Of a DNA stretch of 64,000 nucleotides, positions 35,590-47,946 are shown in pieces. Each line of letters opens with the position of its first letter. Position 1 is the stretch's first letter. The notes beneath the pieces were generated by a model. The model ran no database searches, was not told the DNA's origin, and saw nothing but the letters and a program-made list of their open reading frames with translations. Both the position numbers and the translations under genes were made by a program. The stretch is from Sarea resinae (Eukaryota), in NCBI GenBank assembly GCA_026026165.1, contig JAPEUD010000027.1, positions 1-64,000 on the forward strand, given 5' to 3'.

Positions 35590-36255
35590 ACTATCCTATT
35601 ACTAACTGCTTTGCCTTGCCTAGCCCTAACTAGCCTAATTGCTAGACCTCTCTAGAGGTGTAGTTGTATTATTATTATCCTTATCCTTACTCTTACTAGC
35701 GCGTGTGATTAAAGGTAGGTCAAACTATAAGCTTTAGTTAGCGCAGCCCTAAGCTAGTAATAAGCTAGGCTAGCTTATAGTATAGCAAAGAATGTTATTC
35801 AGTCTCTTAACACTGTTAGCTAGGCGCTTAGTAGTAATAGCAATGTGTAGAGCGTTGTCTAAGGGATAGCAGTTAGTAGTATTAATATAGGCTTTAACGC
35901 TCCTTGTAAAACGCCGCTGTTTAGCTTAAAGAGCACCTAACACAGGCTCTTTAGCTAGGTTATTGTCTGTAAAAGCTGCTACTACATCTGCTGCTTTAGC
36001 TAGCTAATTAAACTACTTATAGAACTTATACAGCACTTGTGCAGAGCCTAGTTAGAGCCTGCCTAGAGCTATATTAAGAGCATTGCTTACTTTATCGCAC
36101 TTCTTATAGAGCTAGGCGCAGCGTGTACACTTTGCTAAGGAGCTAGGACAACTGCACACAATGTCTAGGATAGCACTAAGGCACTTAGCACAGCGTAGAT
36201 AGAGCTCTTAATAGAGCTTAAGAGGCTCTTTTAGATTTAGATAGGGCTTATACAT
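35590..36255 (-). pseudogene. Antisense accessory gene relic in the chromovirus 3' region, six-cysteine (Zn2Cys6-like) domain, one intron 36090-36037
   Basis: ATG at 36255; minus-strand translation (Y<C)LRCAK..VCS..KCTRCA*LYKKCDK; GTAAGC donor and CTAAC branch site; downstream exon continues in a coding-like frame. The 3' end is approximate. Confidence 0.6.
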
Positions 36256-36664
36256 ATATAGCAGAATAATAGAGGCGCGATTAAGAACGTTTATAATAGG
36301 TAGATAAGTATATAGAATGTACCTAAAAACATAGTGCAAAAAGTTTAATTGTGCGCGCGCGCACTAGATCACCTACGTTTTATACCTACACACCTATAGC
36401 TAAGCGACCTCTAAGCGATAGAGAGAATGCCTAATACAGACAGTTTAAAGCATTTACTCTGTCTATTCACTGCTACTACTCTAGCGCAGCGTTTAGCAAA
36501 CTAAGCAAATAGGATAAAGAACTCTCTTTATTATCTATACAAATTCACTAGTTGCAGCAAATAGCAACGCTACTAAGGCGCTAGCGAGATAAAGACTTAA
36601 CACTATAATGTTATACATTGCGAACAAAGGACTTAGAGGACTAGGTCCTAAGAGAGGAGGTAAT

Positions 36665-36973
36665 TATAAGGGCTACTACTAATAAAGGTGCTGTATAGAG
36701 TTTAGCGCAGTGTAGAGTAACTACCTAGTGTAGTTTAGTAACGATTAGGTAAGCTAAGTAGAGTTATTAGTTATATAGATTAATAGAGGCGCTAGCTATT
36801 AGAGCTAGCGTTTAGTGCAATTACAAAGTTAGTGCCTACTAGCAATATCTATATCTATAGTATTAGTTTTATATTACTAGAGTGACGCTAGCACGTTGCA
36901 ATGCACTAGCCTATTTGATTATGCTATTCCTACCTACTCTACTATAGCTAGAAGCCTAGGAGGCAGTCTGATA
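36665..36973 (+). repeat. 3' LTR of chromovirus copy 1
   Basis: Direct repeat of 29578-29886, preceded by the purine tract AAGAGAGGAGG. Confidence 0.93.
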
Positions 36974-39900
36974 AAATCTCTATATTAATATTAGTAAATA
37001 TTAAAAGTTATATTTCTTTAATATTCTTAAAAGTTACCTCTATTTTAATGTGTTTTTTAAAAGAGTAGAGTAAGCTTAATTTTACCTCTTTCTTTATTAA
37101 TAACCTTAATATCCTTTGCTTAAATCTTAAGGACCTTATTAAATTAAAGAAGATAGAGAAATGCAATAATATATATGCACTATAGTTAAGCTCTTATCCT
37201 TGCTCTAGCCTAGTAGTATATTTTAGGATCTTTAAATATTTATAAGTTCTTCTAAGATTAAGCTTGTAGCTGCTATAAGAGAGGAACTACTTTAAATTAG
37301 CTGTTTAAGCTATAAAGATCTTTTATATTCCTTAATATAATAGATCTTACACTTTAAGAAACCTCTCTAGCTTAGACCTATATAGTATAAGTAGAATGTT
37401 TAGAAAATATAAAGTTTAAAGAAAACAAAGAATTACTCACTTTTTAACGTCTTAGACTATATATATAGCAAGATACAAACTAGGATAGAGAGGGATTTCC
37501 TTTCTATTTACTACTAGTAAGCTGTTTCTATAGCTAATATCTTTCTTCTAAGAAATACCTATATCTATAGCTTATAGCAGCTTAGATCTTTATACTATAA
37601 GAATATATTTAACTTATACACTTCTTTACAAATTTCAAAGAATTATCTAGTGTGTTACAGTAATAATAGATATATATAGCAATAAGTTAAGGTGTAAAGG
37701 CATTAAATTGCATTGCTTTCTAAAGGTTTTCTAAGCTAAACTTAGATTCTATAAAGTTTTAAAACTCTTTCTAGATACTAAGAACAATTAGTAAGTATAG
37801 CTAATACTTTTGTAATATTTAAAGAATAGGTTTAGAAAAGAAGATTCTTAAAGAATATTAAGGATATCTTATGTTTTGTATTCTGCTAAGGTTTTCTTTA
37901 ATAGAGCATTCTCTAATGCCTTTTAAAGAGTAACTTGTAATTAAGATAAAGTGTCTTTAACTTCTTACTAGCTTTCTTCTAGATCATTAGAAATTTTAAG
38001 ATCTGCACTATCTAGAATGTTGTTAGAGAAATTTAACTTTTATAAAAGATATGTAAAAAGCTATTCTATCTTTAGATAGAGTAGTAATAGATAACTTTAG
38101 ATATCTAAACGTGGATTTCTATAGTGTATAGACAACTGCATTTCCTTTTTTCTTCTATTACTTTGCAATTAGCTCTAATTAATTGTGCTACCCTATACAA
38201 AATTTTTAGCACACTTAGAAATTATCTGTACTTAAAATTAGTATTAATAAAAAATAGAATAACTAAAAAATAGAATAACTAAAAAACTTTCTATGCTTTA
38301 CTCTAGGTAGAATACTAGAATCCTAATATAGGTCTAAAAAAACAAGTTAGAAAGAGTAAGCAAAGGCTATAGGCATTGCAAAATTCTTAAGCAGCAGAGA
38401 ATTCTTCTATATTACAAGCATATTTAATTAATCCTAATTTTTAATTATCTTAACAAAAAACAGAGCTGCTATTATAGGCTAATAAGTATAGTGCAGTAAG
38501 AGAAAAGACTATAAGAGAAATTATGTAAGCTTACTCTATAACTAAACTATATAGTATAATATTAATTTAATGTAGTGTAGAATAAGAGAAGAATATAAAA
38601 AATCTGAATTCTATAGCTACTTTAGCACCTATAGATCCTCTAAGTTAAGAAACTAAAATTTCTAAAGATTTTCTATAGCAATCTTAGAAGTCTTTTAATA
38701 TTTATGTCTATTATCACACTAATTATACCTACTGTGTTCTTTAGTCTAATTAAGCTAAAGAGCCTCTTAATATCTAAGTCTAGCAGGCTATTTAGAATAC
38801 AGCTTGAAATATCTCTAGATAACCTTTAGAATCTTTAAATAATAAGAGAAAACTATTGTCTCTACTTAATCAGGCTGCTAAGCCTAAGTATTTTAAGATT
38901 CTAGAGCTTAACCTACATTGCTTAGTCTCTAATATCTCTAATCTACTACTAGTTTCCTATTTGTAAAATCTAGAAAGGCTTTTTTAAGATTAGGAATCTT
39001 TAGAAATTCTAGTTCTTTAAGGAATTCCTATACCTTTAAAGTATTAGAGTACTATGTATTAGAATAATGTTCTAGCTGCTTAGAAATTCTTTAAGAAGAA
39101 GTAGAGTTAGATATAAGTATATATATCTATAGAATCTTTATTATCTAGTAAGTAAGGAAAACCTTTAGAAATACTAAGTTTAACATAACTTTTAAGAAAT
39201 TTAAAAGGTATATATTAATCTAATGCTAATTATAAGTCTCTACTTAGTATATTGTTAAAGCATTCTATACTCTAGACTAGAGCTAGGATGCATTTTAGAA
39301 CCTATATAGAAAAGATAGTAATAATAGTAAAATTCCTATAGGATAGACTACTATAGTTAAAAACATTTAGAATTATTAAAAGATTGTTAATAAGAAAGAT
39401 ACTAATCTTATAAGATCTAAGTATAGCTCTACCTTTAAGGATTATTTCTTTAGTGTTAAAGAGAGAAAGAAAGTAGTTCTAAAAGATCTAAAGCATATTA
39501 TAAGGCACTATAGGCAGAAGAAAGATAGATAATAATAGTAGGATACTATTAACTAGAGTTATATATCTTATTTAAAGTTTACAAAAATAATATATCTGTC
39601 TTGCTATAATATATATAATAAATATAATATATATTTATTTAGGACACATATAATTATACCTCTCTAATTAGAAGAACAATACTAAGTTCTAGATAATACA
39701 TATATTCTAGAATAGAACAGCTAGAAACTATAGTTATAAGAAAGATATTTAAAGCTTCTTAGAGAAAAATTAAGATTCTTAAAGATTTAGTTAGAGACTG
39801 TTAATTTTTTAATGCAAAGCACTAATAGCTGTAGTTTATACTAGAGCTTGCTATAAAGCAAGGATTATAAAAAACAGAAAATTAATAGTCCTTACTATTA

Positions 39901-40527
39901 ATTTAATCTAGGACTATTAATTAGACAATTAAATCTTGCTAGACTTTAGAAATTACAAAAATTTTCGCCTATTATCTTCTAGTGTCTTTATATCTTTCTA
40001 CTCTATAATTTACCTCTAGGTAGTGTAATTCTTAAAAATTTTCTTAAAAATACTAGAATACTACTATTCTCTTTATAAAAATCTCTGGCTTTAATATACT
40101 AAGATTTCGCTCTATAAAGACTAATATTTGAAAATTCTAAGTATAATCCTCTAGCAGCCTAGGTTGTATTACCCTAAGGAATTTCGGCCGAGGGTCACAT
40201 AGGCTTCAGGGGTTACCCGGAGGGGGCTAGGGGCGGACCGGGGGGGGACCGTCAATTTATCGCGGCGAATCCCTACTTCGTACGTCCGAGGTCCTCCAGC
40301 CTGACCTCGTACCTACCCTGTACGGGATCGGAGCTTCTGAACGAAGTTAGAGACAGACGACCCTGCGTAGGGAATAATGCGTAACAGGAATTGTTATCAC
40401 AACGTCCGGCCAGATCTCTTCCGCTCCCACTCTCGACCTCTTTGTCACCTTCTATTGCCTGTTTGAACTCTCCGTCCACCAGGTTCGCCGTTGGCGGCGA
40501 TTCCGGTGGAAGTCTCTTCGTTTCGCC

Positions 40528-41902
40528 ATGGCCGTACCACGAGTGATGCGCCTGTTGGTGACGGCGTCGGGCCTCCTCTTTGTCTTTATCATCTTCCAAG
40601 TTTTTCGATCACCTGTATCAGTTGGTGGCCCTGCCGAGAAGCTGATGGACATGACGAGAGATCCAAACCTAGATCGTGAGGGCAGCCCCTGAGTCCGAAA
40701 AACGATCATAACTCACAGGTGGCAGCAACCGGAGAACCAGAAGGGCTTCTATGGCATGTCGACGGTGACAATTATGCGCCGGACAATGCGCATTCATCCC
40801 GTATAAATGCCACGCTTTTGGCTTTAGTACGAAACAGTGAAGTAATGGGGATGGTGCAATCGATGCGGGATCTGGAGAGAACATGGAACCACAAATTCAA
40901 TTATCCATGGACGTTCTTCAATGACGAGCCTTTTACAGAGGAATTCAAAAAGCGAACAAAGGCAGAAACGAAGGCAGAATGCAGATATGGTATTTCTTCC
41001 CTCACTTTGGCGGTGATCTATGCTACGAGGTGTGAAGCTAACATCGACTGTAGAGCTGATTCCGAAAGAACACTGGGACGTTCCTAGCTGGATAAACAAT
41101 GATCTGTTCCAGGAATCTGCGGAAATGCTCAAGGAGCAAAACGTCCAATACAGCAACATGATATCTTACCGTCAGATGTGCCGGTGGAACAGTGGGATGT
41201 TCTATAAGCATCCCGCCTTAGCCAACACGAGATACTACTGGCGAGTCGAACCCAAGGTTCACTTCTTCTGCGATGTGGACTACGATGTCTTCAGATATAT
41301 GCAAGATCACAATAAGACCTACGGGTTTACGATAAACTTGTATGACTCGCCGCAGAGTATCCCAACACTCTGGCCAGAGACAATCAAATTCCTCGCAGCA
41401 CACGCCGAGTATTTACACAGCAATAATGCTATGGATTGGCTGAAGGATAGCTCGCGGAGACCAAAGCATAATCTCGAAGCTAATGGCTATTCAACGTGCC
41501 ATTTCTGGTCAAATTTTGAAATTGGCGACATGGAATTCTGGCGAAGCCAAGCTTATGAGGATTACTTTAACCACCTGGACCGCGCCGGGGGTTTCTTCTA
41601 TGAGAGATGGGGTGATGCGCCAGTTCATAGCATTGCGCTTGGTTTGTTCGAGGATTCGAGCAAAATCCACTGGTATGCATTGACCTCCTTGGCCTCGAGA
41701 AATTGGTGATAGACAACCATGTTCGCATCTGACGTCTGAGAACAGGTTTCGAGACATAGGATACCAACACATTCCGTACTTTAATTGCCCGAATTCGCCA
41801 AAGTGCAAAGGATGCGTGAAAGGGCGGTTCACCGATGGCGAGAAATTTTTATACAAGGAGGACTGTCGACCGAATTGGTTCAAGTTTGTGGGAATGGGAT
41901 GA
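40528..41902 (+). CDS. Alpha-1,2-mannosyltransferase, glycosyltransferase family 15 (KRE2/KTR); exons 40528-40675, 40726-40989, 41054-41672, 41746-41902
   Basis: Type II signal anchor; NATLLALVRN, YPWTFFND, SYRQMCRWNSG, YYWRVEP, CHFWSNFEI, GGFFYERWGDAPVHS. Confidence 0.93.
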
Positions 41903-42364
41903 CCATGTATCATACTAGCTGGAATTTTCTTTGTCATGACTGGTGGATTTCTGGAATAGGCCATACATTTTTCTTTTCGGCTTTTCAGATGTGGACGAAA
42001 GAATGCTATCTTTCGCAGGCCGTCTTTCGGAATTCCACGCTGGCTCGCATCGGCGAGCAGGAAAAGACTGAAGAGGACATTCGACACTGCGACACTTCGC
42101 ATGTACAGAAAGCAGTTGATTATCGGGCGCTCAACCATTGACGCTATTCGAGCCTGATATAAATAGCGGGGTGAGCAATCTCATCTAGAAACTAAAATGT
42201 CAAATCACCCAAATGATCTTGGAAAAACGTGTCGGCTTAAACAGCAAAGGTTGATTAGATAAAAAGCTGTACAGAAGACTATTTGCACAAGAGCGTGGTA
42301 CTATCGGCAGCATGTGTAGCCGTCCACACCCGTAGCCTCGCTCGTGGTTGAGGACGCCTATGTC

Positions 42365-43148
42365 CTACTGCTGGTCCGGGTACAGATCATCCTTCAAATT
42401 GACACCCAGCTCCTCCCGTAGTGGCTGCAATTCGCGCAAGTATTCATCGTACTGGCCCTTGTTCTCGACCTTGGCCTTGATACCTGATCATGCGGGTTAA
42501 CACCACAAACGCCCTTTGATCGATGGCATCGGGGACGGGGAATTGCTCACCTTCGAAGATCCTTACTGCGGTGGGGTAGTCGTTGACTCTCCTGGCAGCT
42601 TTGAGAGCAGCAGTGATGACTGCAGGAGACGGGACGAGATCGTAGGCAAATGCGTTGTTCAGGTTGCGCTATTGTGATAAAAAGTGGTCTGATGTCAGTG
42701 AACTGGTCCTACCTGACCTATACCGGCTGACAGGTTCTGGAAGGCAACGAAATCCATACCTGAAGCTCGAAGACATCCTGCACGGCATCGAATTCCTTCT
42801 CATATCTGTGGTTGGACGGAAAGTCAGCAAGCGTACCTGGGAGGGCCAGTTTCGGATAGCCGAGAGATCCTGGAGACAAGATGCATTGAAGCTTCGCAAA
42901 GCTTCAATTGGCTGCCGGTGGGGACGATTGCGACGTCAAATGTACCTGGCAGTAAACTCCTCGAAACTCTCCTCGTGATGGCCGTCGTCGGCCGCTCTCT
43001 TCACGCTCGTGCTGAAGTGGGAGCAGCCCGCGAATGCCACCGGGGCGGAGCTGGCCAGAACAGGGATCCGTCTCGCCGTATACGAGGACCTCGAGAAAGC
43101 AGCTGGAGCCTTGCGCGTGGCCAGGCGGAAGAAGTTTATCGAAGACAT
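42365..43148 (-). CDS. COX6: Cytochrome c oxidase subunit VI (COX5A family), mitochondrial precursor; exons 43148-42946, 42805-42760, 42668-42551, 42483-42365
   Basis: Presequence followed by HEESFEEFTARYEKEFDAVQDVFELQRNLNNAFAYDLVPSP..AARRVNDYPTAVRIFEGIKAKVEN. Confidence 0.95.
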
Positions 43149-44734
43149 TTCGGAAGAGTGGAGAGAGAGCGAGATGCGCAGAATTGGTGGTGGATTGACT
43201 CTGAAGGACCGTTAGGTGCAGAGGCTGGATGGAAGGAGATGAGTGAGTGAGTGAGTGAGTGAACGAGCGAATGGGTGAGGTACGAGAGTACGAGCAAAGC
43301 CTTGTAGGACCGGGGGTGGGCTGTGGGAGAGGTCGGACTTCGGGTACGAGCGAGAGAGACTCGCAGGAAACTTACGATATGGCCATTAGCCACTACTGGA
43401 AAGAGTATGGACCATGTAGCTTCACGGTCGCTCTGCCTGACTCCCGTGTATGCAGAGGTACTCACCCAGGTGCTCTACTCGACGGAGTACATCAGAGTAC
43501 GACGTACTGCTGGCGCGCTGCGAGACGGGAAGCGAAGAAGAAGAGAAGGAACCTGAACGGGCGAATGAGATGTGGGTTGTTAGGAAGCAGGCGGGAAGGA
43601 GGGTAGATGTACTTGTTCCTACGGTGGACACGTACAGTAAGACAAGTACCGGTACCTGCCCACGGCACGGCGAGATCTCTAGGCTTGGATTGTCTGAGTG
43701 CTGTGTATGGCGGAGCCTCCGTCACGTGCGGTCGTATGTGCTTTGGGTATGGGTTCGTCCTTGCCTACCTAAGGTACCTACCTTACCTTATGGAGGACCC
43801 ACCGCAGTAAGGCACTACCTTATGTAAGGTAGGCACCTAGCTGGAGGGACGGTATGAAGTAGGTACCTACTGTAGTAGGTATTGCATCTGATCTCCTCTA
43901 CGATTCCGTTCCCATGGAAGTTTGGGCTGCATCGGAGCTAGGTACCAAGTCATATTGGCTGCAAGATCATGATCCATCTTATCATTGACGTTCCAATTGC
44001 GATCATGTCAATCGGGTTTGATGAGGGCTGGCCTGGCATGCAAAAGAGCTGGAGTGCTCCTCTCCTGCACCTCTACTACTATGAATATGTACTCCGCATA
44101 GGACTTCAGCAGGCACCTGTTCTACTCTGAAAGTGTTGGAAGTGGACTTCGGCCTCGGCCTGCTTTCCGGACCGGCCCACGTACTCCGTACCTGACGCGA
44201 AAGACATGTACTCCGGAGTAGCCCTCCCACGGACGGACGCTGCCATATCCGTATTCCATTGCAATTTACCGCGTAGTGCTTAGTGCTTGGTACATACCAT
44301 GTAGGCCAGTACTTACCTTACCTACCTGAGGTCAACAGGTCAATCCCATCCAATTCATTTGATCACCAAATCCCCGGCCAATCTCCGCGTCAACCGCCCC
44401 TTTCTTTTTCTTTATTCGTGCACGTCCGTCCTCGACGATTTTATCTCGACCCGTCCCGAACACAATCACCACCACCACCACTGCCACTCTCCTCCATCTT
44501 CGACGCGATCGAGTCTTCTATCTCCCTTGGCATTGTGTCCCTCGATCGCACTCTTTTTCTTCTCGTCATTCCTTTATCCTACCCCGCCGGGCTTCTTTTC
44601 AATTGCAATTCGCAGCTTATACCGGCAGCGCGTTCCGTCCCGCTTCCAGCCTCCGGTCCATCTTTCCGTCCGCCAACTCTTTTTTTTTCCGGCAAATCCT
44701 CTTACCAATTTCTTCAATTCGAGGGTTTAGCACG

Positions 44735-45945
44735 ATGTCGGCCGACCTTCTCAAGAACATACCTTTTCCGACTGTGGATCGGCCTTTCGGAATAGAATTA
44801 TGGCCCATCTTCGACAAAGTCTTCTCGGCGGTCGTGGGCTATTCCCCACAAGACTTCCGCTTCGTTCAGCATGTGACCCCGTTGTCGACATTGAAGGCGA
44901 CGGCGTCGATGCTCATATCATACTATATAATCGTCTTTGGTGGGCGGGAAATAATGCGCAGATGTCCGGCGTACAAACTCAACGGCCTGTTCATGATCCA
45001 CAATTTCTACTTGACCGTCATCAGCGGCAGTCTTCTCGCTCTTTTCATTGAGCAACTGGCGCCGACCATATGGCGGCACGGTGTTTTCTATGCCATCTGC
45101 GCTCATGATGGCGGTTGGACCAAGCAGCTGGTCACTCTCTATTATGTACGTTCATCCGTCGAAGTCGGCGCCATCGCGGTTTCTAACTTCAATAGCTTAA
45201 TTACCTTACGAAATACCTTGAACTTCTCGACACCGTCTTCCTGGTCCTCAAGAAGAAACCCCTCAGTACGTTTGCTCAGCAGAAAATTCCAGCCTTTATC
45301 TAATTGTCAAACAGCATTCCTTCACACATACCATCATGGCGCGACCGCTCTATTGTGCTACACACAACTCATCGGCCTGACCTCCGTCTCTTGGGTTCCT
45401 ATCACTCTTAATCTGACGGTCCACGTTGTCATGTACTGGTATTACTTCCAAAGCGCGCGAGGCATCCGCATCTGGTGGAAGGAATGGATTACCCGTCTCC
45501 AGATTGTGCAATTTGTGATCGATCTCGGTATGTAGTTCGGCGTTATGAAAATTGATCAAAGGGGTTTCCACTAATCCATCTTCTTACAGGCTTTGTGTAC
45601 TTTGCGTCCTACAACTACTTTGTTACCACATATTTTCCCTGGCTTCCCAGCTATGGGAAGTGCGCCGGCGAGGAATTCGCTGCCTTCGCTGGTATCGGCA
45701 TTCTTAGCTCATACCTTCTCCTTTTCATCTCGTTCTATCTCGCCACCTATAAGAGGTCTGGGGGCAAGGGTCCGCATACCGCCAGCAGGGCCAAGAAGGA
45801 TCTCATGAGCGCCCAAATTCCAACTGTTGAGGATACCAAAAGTGCTATCTCCCATGTCAATGGTGCATCCAAGCCGAATGGTAACGCGAACGCCTCTGGA
45901 AGGCAATCCAACGGGGGCCCGGCGACACGGTCGAGGAAGGCCTAG
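44735..45945 (+). CDS. Fatty-acid elongase (ELO/GNS1/SUR4 family); exons 44735-45145, 45196-45265, 45315-45527, 45590-45945
   Basis: KYLELLDTVFLVLKKK, FLHTYHH histidine box, HVVMYWYYF, TRLQIVQF; multiple hydrophobic segments. Confidence 0.93.
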
Positions 45946-46570
45946 TTCAGCATATATTCACCGTCAGCAAGGTGAATCTTTGCCGGGTGATGCTCAAATA
46001 TACCGCAGTTGCTCTCGGTCCAGAGACACCGAGACTCGGTGAGCAGGTTGCCTCTATTCACTAAGGCCTACCATATTTTTGGAGCAGAGCCGGGTGCTCA
46101 GGCATCGTCTGCACTAGCTGAGACTGTTCGAGCTAGTACGCAGCGATGCGTTTTGAAGTTGTTGCTACGTGTATATGTTCCAATCTTGGACTGTGTAAAG
46201 ATACCTCCGGGAAAAGGCATCTTCAGCACCAGTTCAGCACCGTCGCATCATGGACTGCCCGAGGTCGATGTTTGAAGGCAGAGTGTTCCGCGTGAAAAGC
46301 AGAGAAGCCTCTAAAATATATAGTAATGCATAATACATCGAAAAGTCACAACTTATCTACAATTTCTTCGGGGATGATCGGATTGAGTATTTCGCACCGT
46401 ACCATTAGTGTACCGTCTATAGTGCCGGAAAGGTGAAGATATTGTGATGAATTGATGGCTGTCACAACATGGCAAGAACATCCACTTCGTACATTTCCAA
46501 TTCAGTCACCCCTTTACAGAGTGCCTGTCAGGTCGTCTTAGAACAACATGACCGCTGCTATGCCCGAACA

Positions 46571-47946
46571 CTAATAAGTTGAATCAATCTCTGAGACAAG
46601 GAAGCATAGCTTGGCATTTGAGATTTTGCCATTCCGATTCATCTCAAAAGCTTCTTCCAACGACGGCCCGGTCAGCGGCCCCATATCTTTCACCCGCTGC
46701 GGTCTGAGCTTCCCATCTTCGAGGAGTCTCGGTAGAGCATCGAAGAACTCTGCACTTAAGTCATGCATATATGGATTTGCCTGATATACAGTAAGCCCTG
46801 AACGTCTACCTCTATCGGCGAGAAAACACTTACAGGCATTCGGGTAGTTCTCCTATATATATGAGGTTTCAAAATTGCCGCAAACACGATGACGTCGGTG
46901 ACTCGAACATTTCCTGGTACGCCTTCTGTATTCGTCTTCCCTGGCATAACAGTACATAACGCCCCCTTCTCTACATTGATGCACTTCGCAGCCGTGGGAG
47001 ATGACGTGGGGTTTCCAATAGTATCGAACACATAGCTGAGGTCGGGTACAGCTCGTCTGATTTTATCTACTACTTCAGGGTCATTGTAGTCAAAGACATG
47101 AGTGGCGCCGGCAGCCTTTACGGCCTCAAAATTCCTTGGGCTGCAAGTAGTAACCACCTGAATGTTGTGAACGTGAGCAAGCTGAATCGCGTAAGATCCT
47201 ACAGTTGCTAGACAGCAGAGACGTAAGCGGTGTGCGGCAACATCTGAGACAAAAAGATGACTTACAGCTACCACCCCAGACGAGAAGATATTGAGGCTCT
47301 GCGCTGACTCGTGCGAGCCCTAAGCATTCTTTGGCGAACAGTCCTAGCCAGGCTGTGTTGGCTGATAAAGGAAGTGTGGCAGCCTCGATAGAGCTTATAC
47401 CCTCGGGTATTTTGAATGCAATTCTTTCTTCCGCTATGCAGTATTTGCTATATGGAAATATATCAGTAATCTATAATTTCGCCTGAGATTTGCGCTTACG
47501 AATATGCCCCGACTCCTTCAACTTCACCTAAAGAGTATATCAAATTAGTCTTCGGCTCTCACACAGCCAAACATTAGAGAAATGGGTCACAATGAAAAGG
47601 ACTCTCTCTACCTCCCCAAATAAATGCTGCAATTCTATCCCCTATTTTCAATCTCTCTACGGACGAGCCAACTTCCACGACCGTCCCTGCAAAATCGCAA
47701 CCTAGGACTGCGCCATCATCAAACGCATGACTATCAAACGACCTTCCTGTTATCGCGTCAGAATTGGGCACCTTGGCTGGAACCGGCATGAGATATCAGA
47801 AATGGATATGTACTGTCGGTTGGGTTAAACGCAGCAGCTGATACTTTCACTAGGACCTGATGAGCCCCCAAGGCCGGTAAAGTAACAAATTCTTCCACTA
47901 GCTTCCCATCGCGTTGTACGATGGCGTCTGTGGTGATCGAGGGCAT
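46571..47946 (-). CDS. MDR-superfamily NADPH oxidoreductase (trans-enoyl reductase/ToxD-like); exons 47946-47814, 47746-47612, 47527-47500, 47447-47266, 47207-46834, 46780-46571
   Basis: NPTD, LGCDFAGTV, LVWGGSSTVGSYAIQLA, TTCSPRNF, GATHVFDY; five GT..AG introns join in frame. Confidence 0.88.

Larger units (their letters stand above)
29578..36973 (+). mobile_element. Full-length Ty3/Gypsy chromovirus LTR retrotransposon, RIP-inactivated
   Basis: 309-bp LTRs; 5-bp TSD AAATC (29573-29577 and 36974-36978); purine-rich PPT before the 3' LTR. Relics of the gag CCHC knuckle, protease, RT (YLDN from YLDD), RNase H, integrase and chromodomain occur in Gypsy order. Confidence 0.95.
25991..40273. mobile_element. 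RIP-degraded large element with AAATTGACGGTCCC inverted ends and gene relics; hosts a nested chromovirus
   Basis: Abrupt switch to TpA-rich, AT-rich DNA. AAATTGACGGTCCC (26005-26018) and its reverse complement GGGACCGTCAATTT (40245-40258) lie at the two edges. The exact outer boundaries are uncertain. Confidence 0.55.

Noticed and set aside
38590..39480. JmjC or transposase identity for the right-hand gene relic
   Set aside because: The frame looks coding, but the motif resemblance after mental de-RIP was too weak to name.
25991..40273. Starship or Helitron classification of the large element
   Set aside because: No recognisable DUF3435 tyrosine-recombinase or Rep/helicase relic and no clear diagnostic termini, so it is left unclassified.
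40711..40725. Alternative acceptor 7 nt upstream in GT15 intron 1
   Set aside because: It would shift the frame and is probably too close to the branch site; no evidence of use.
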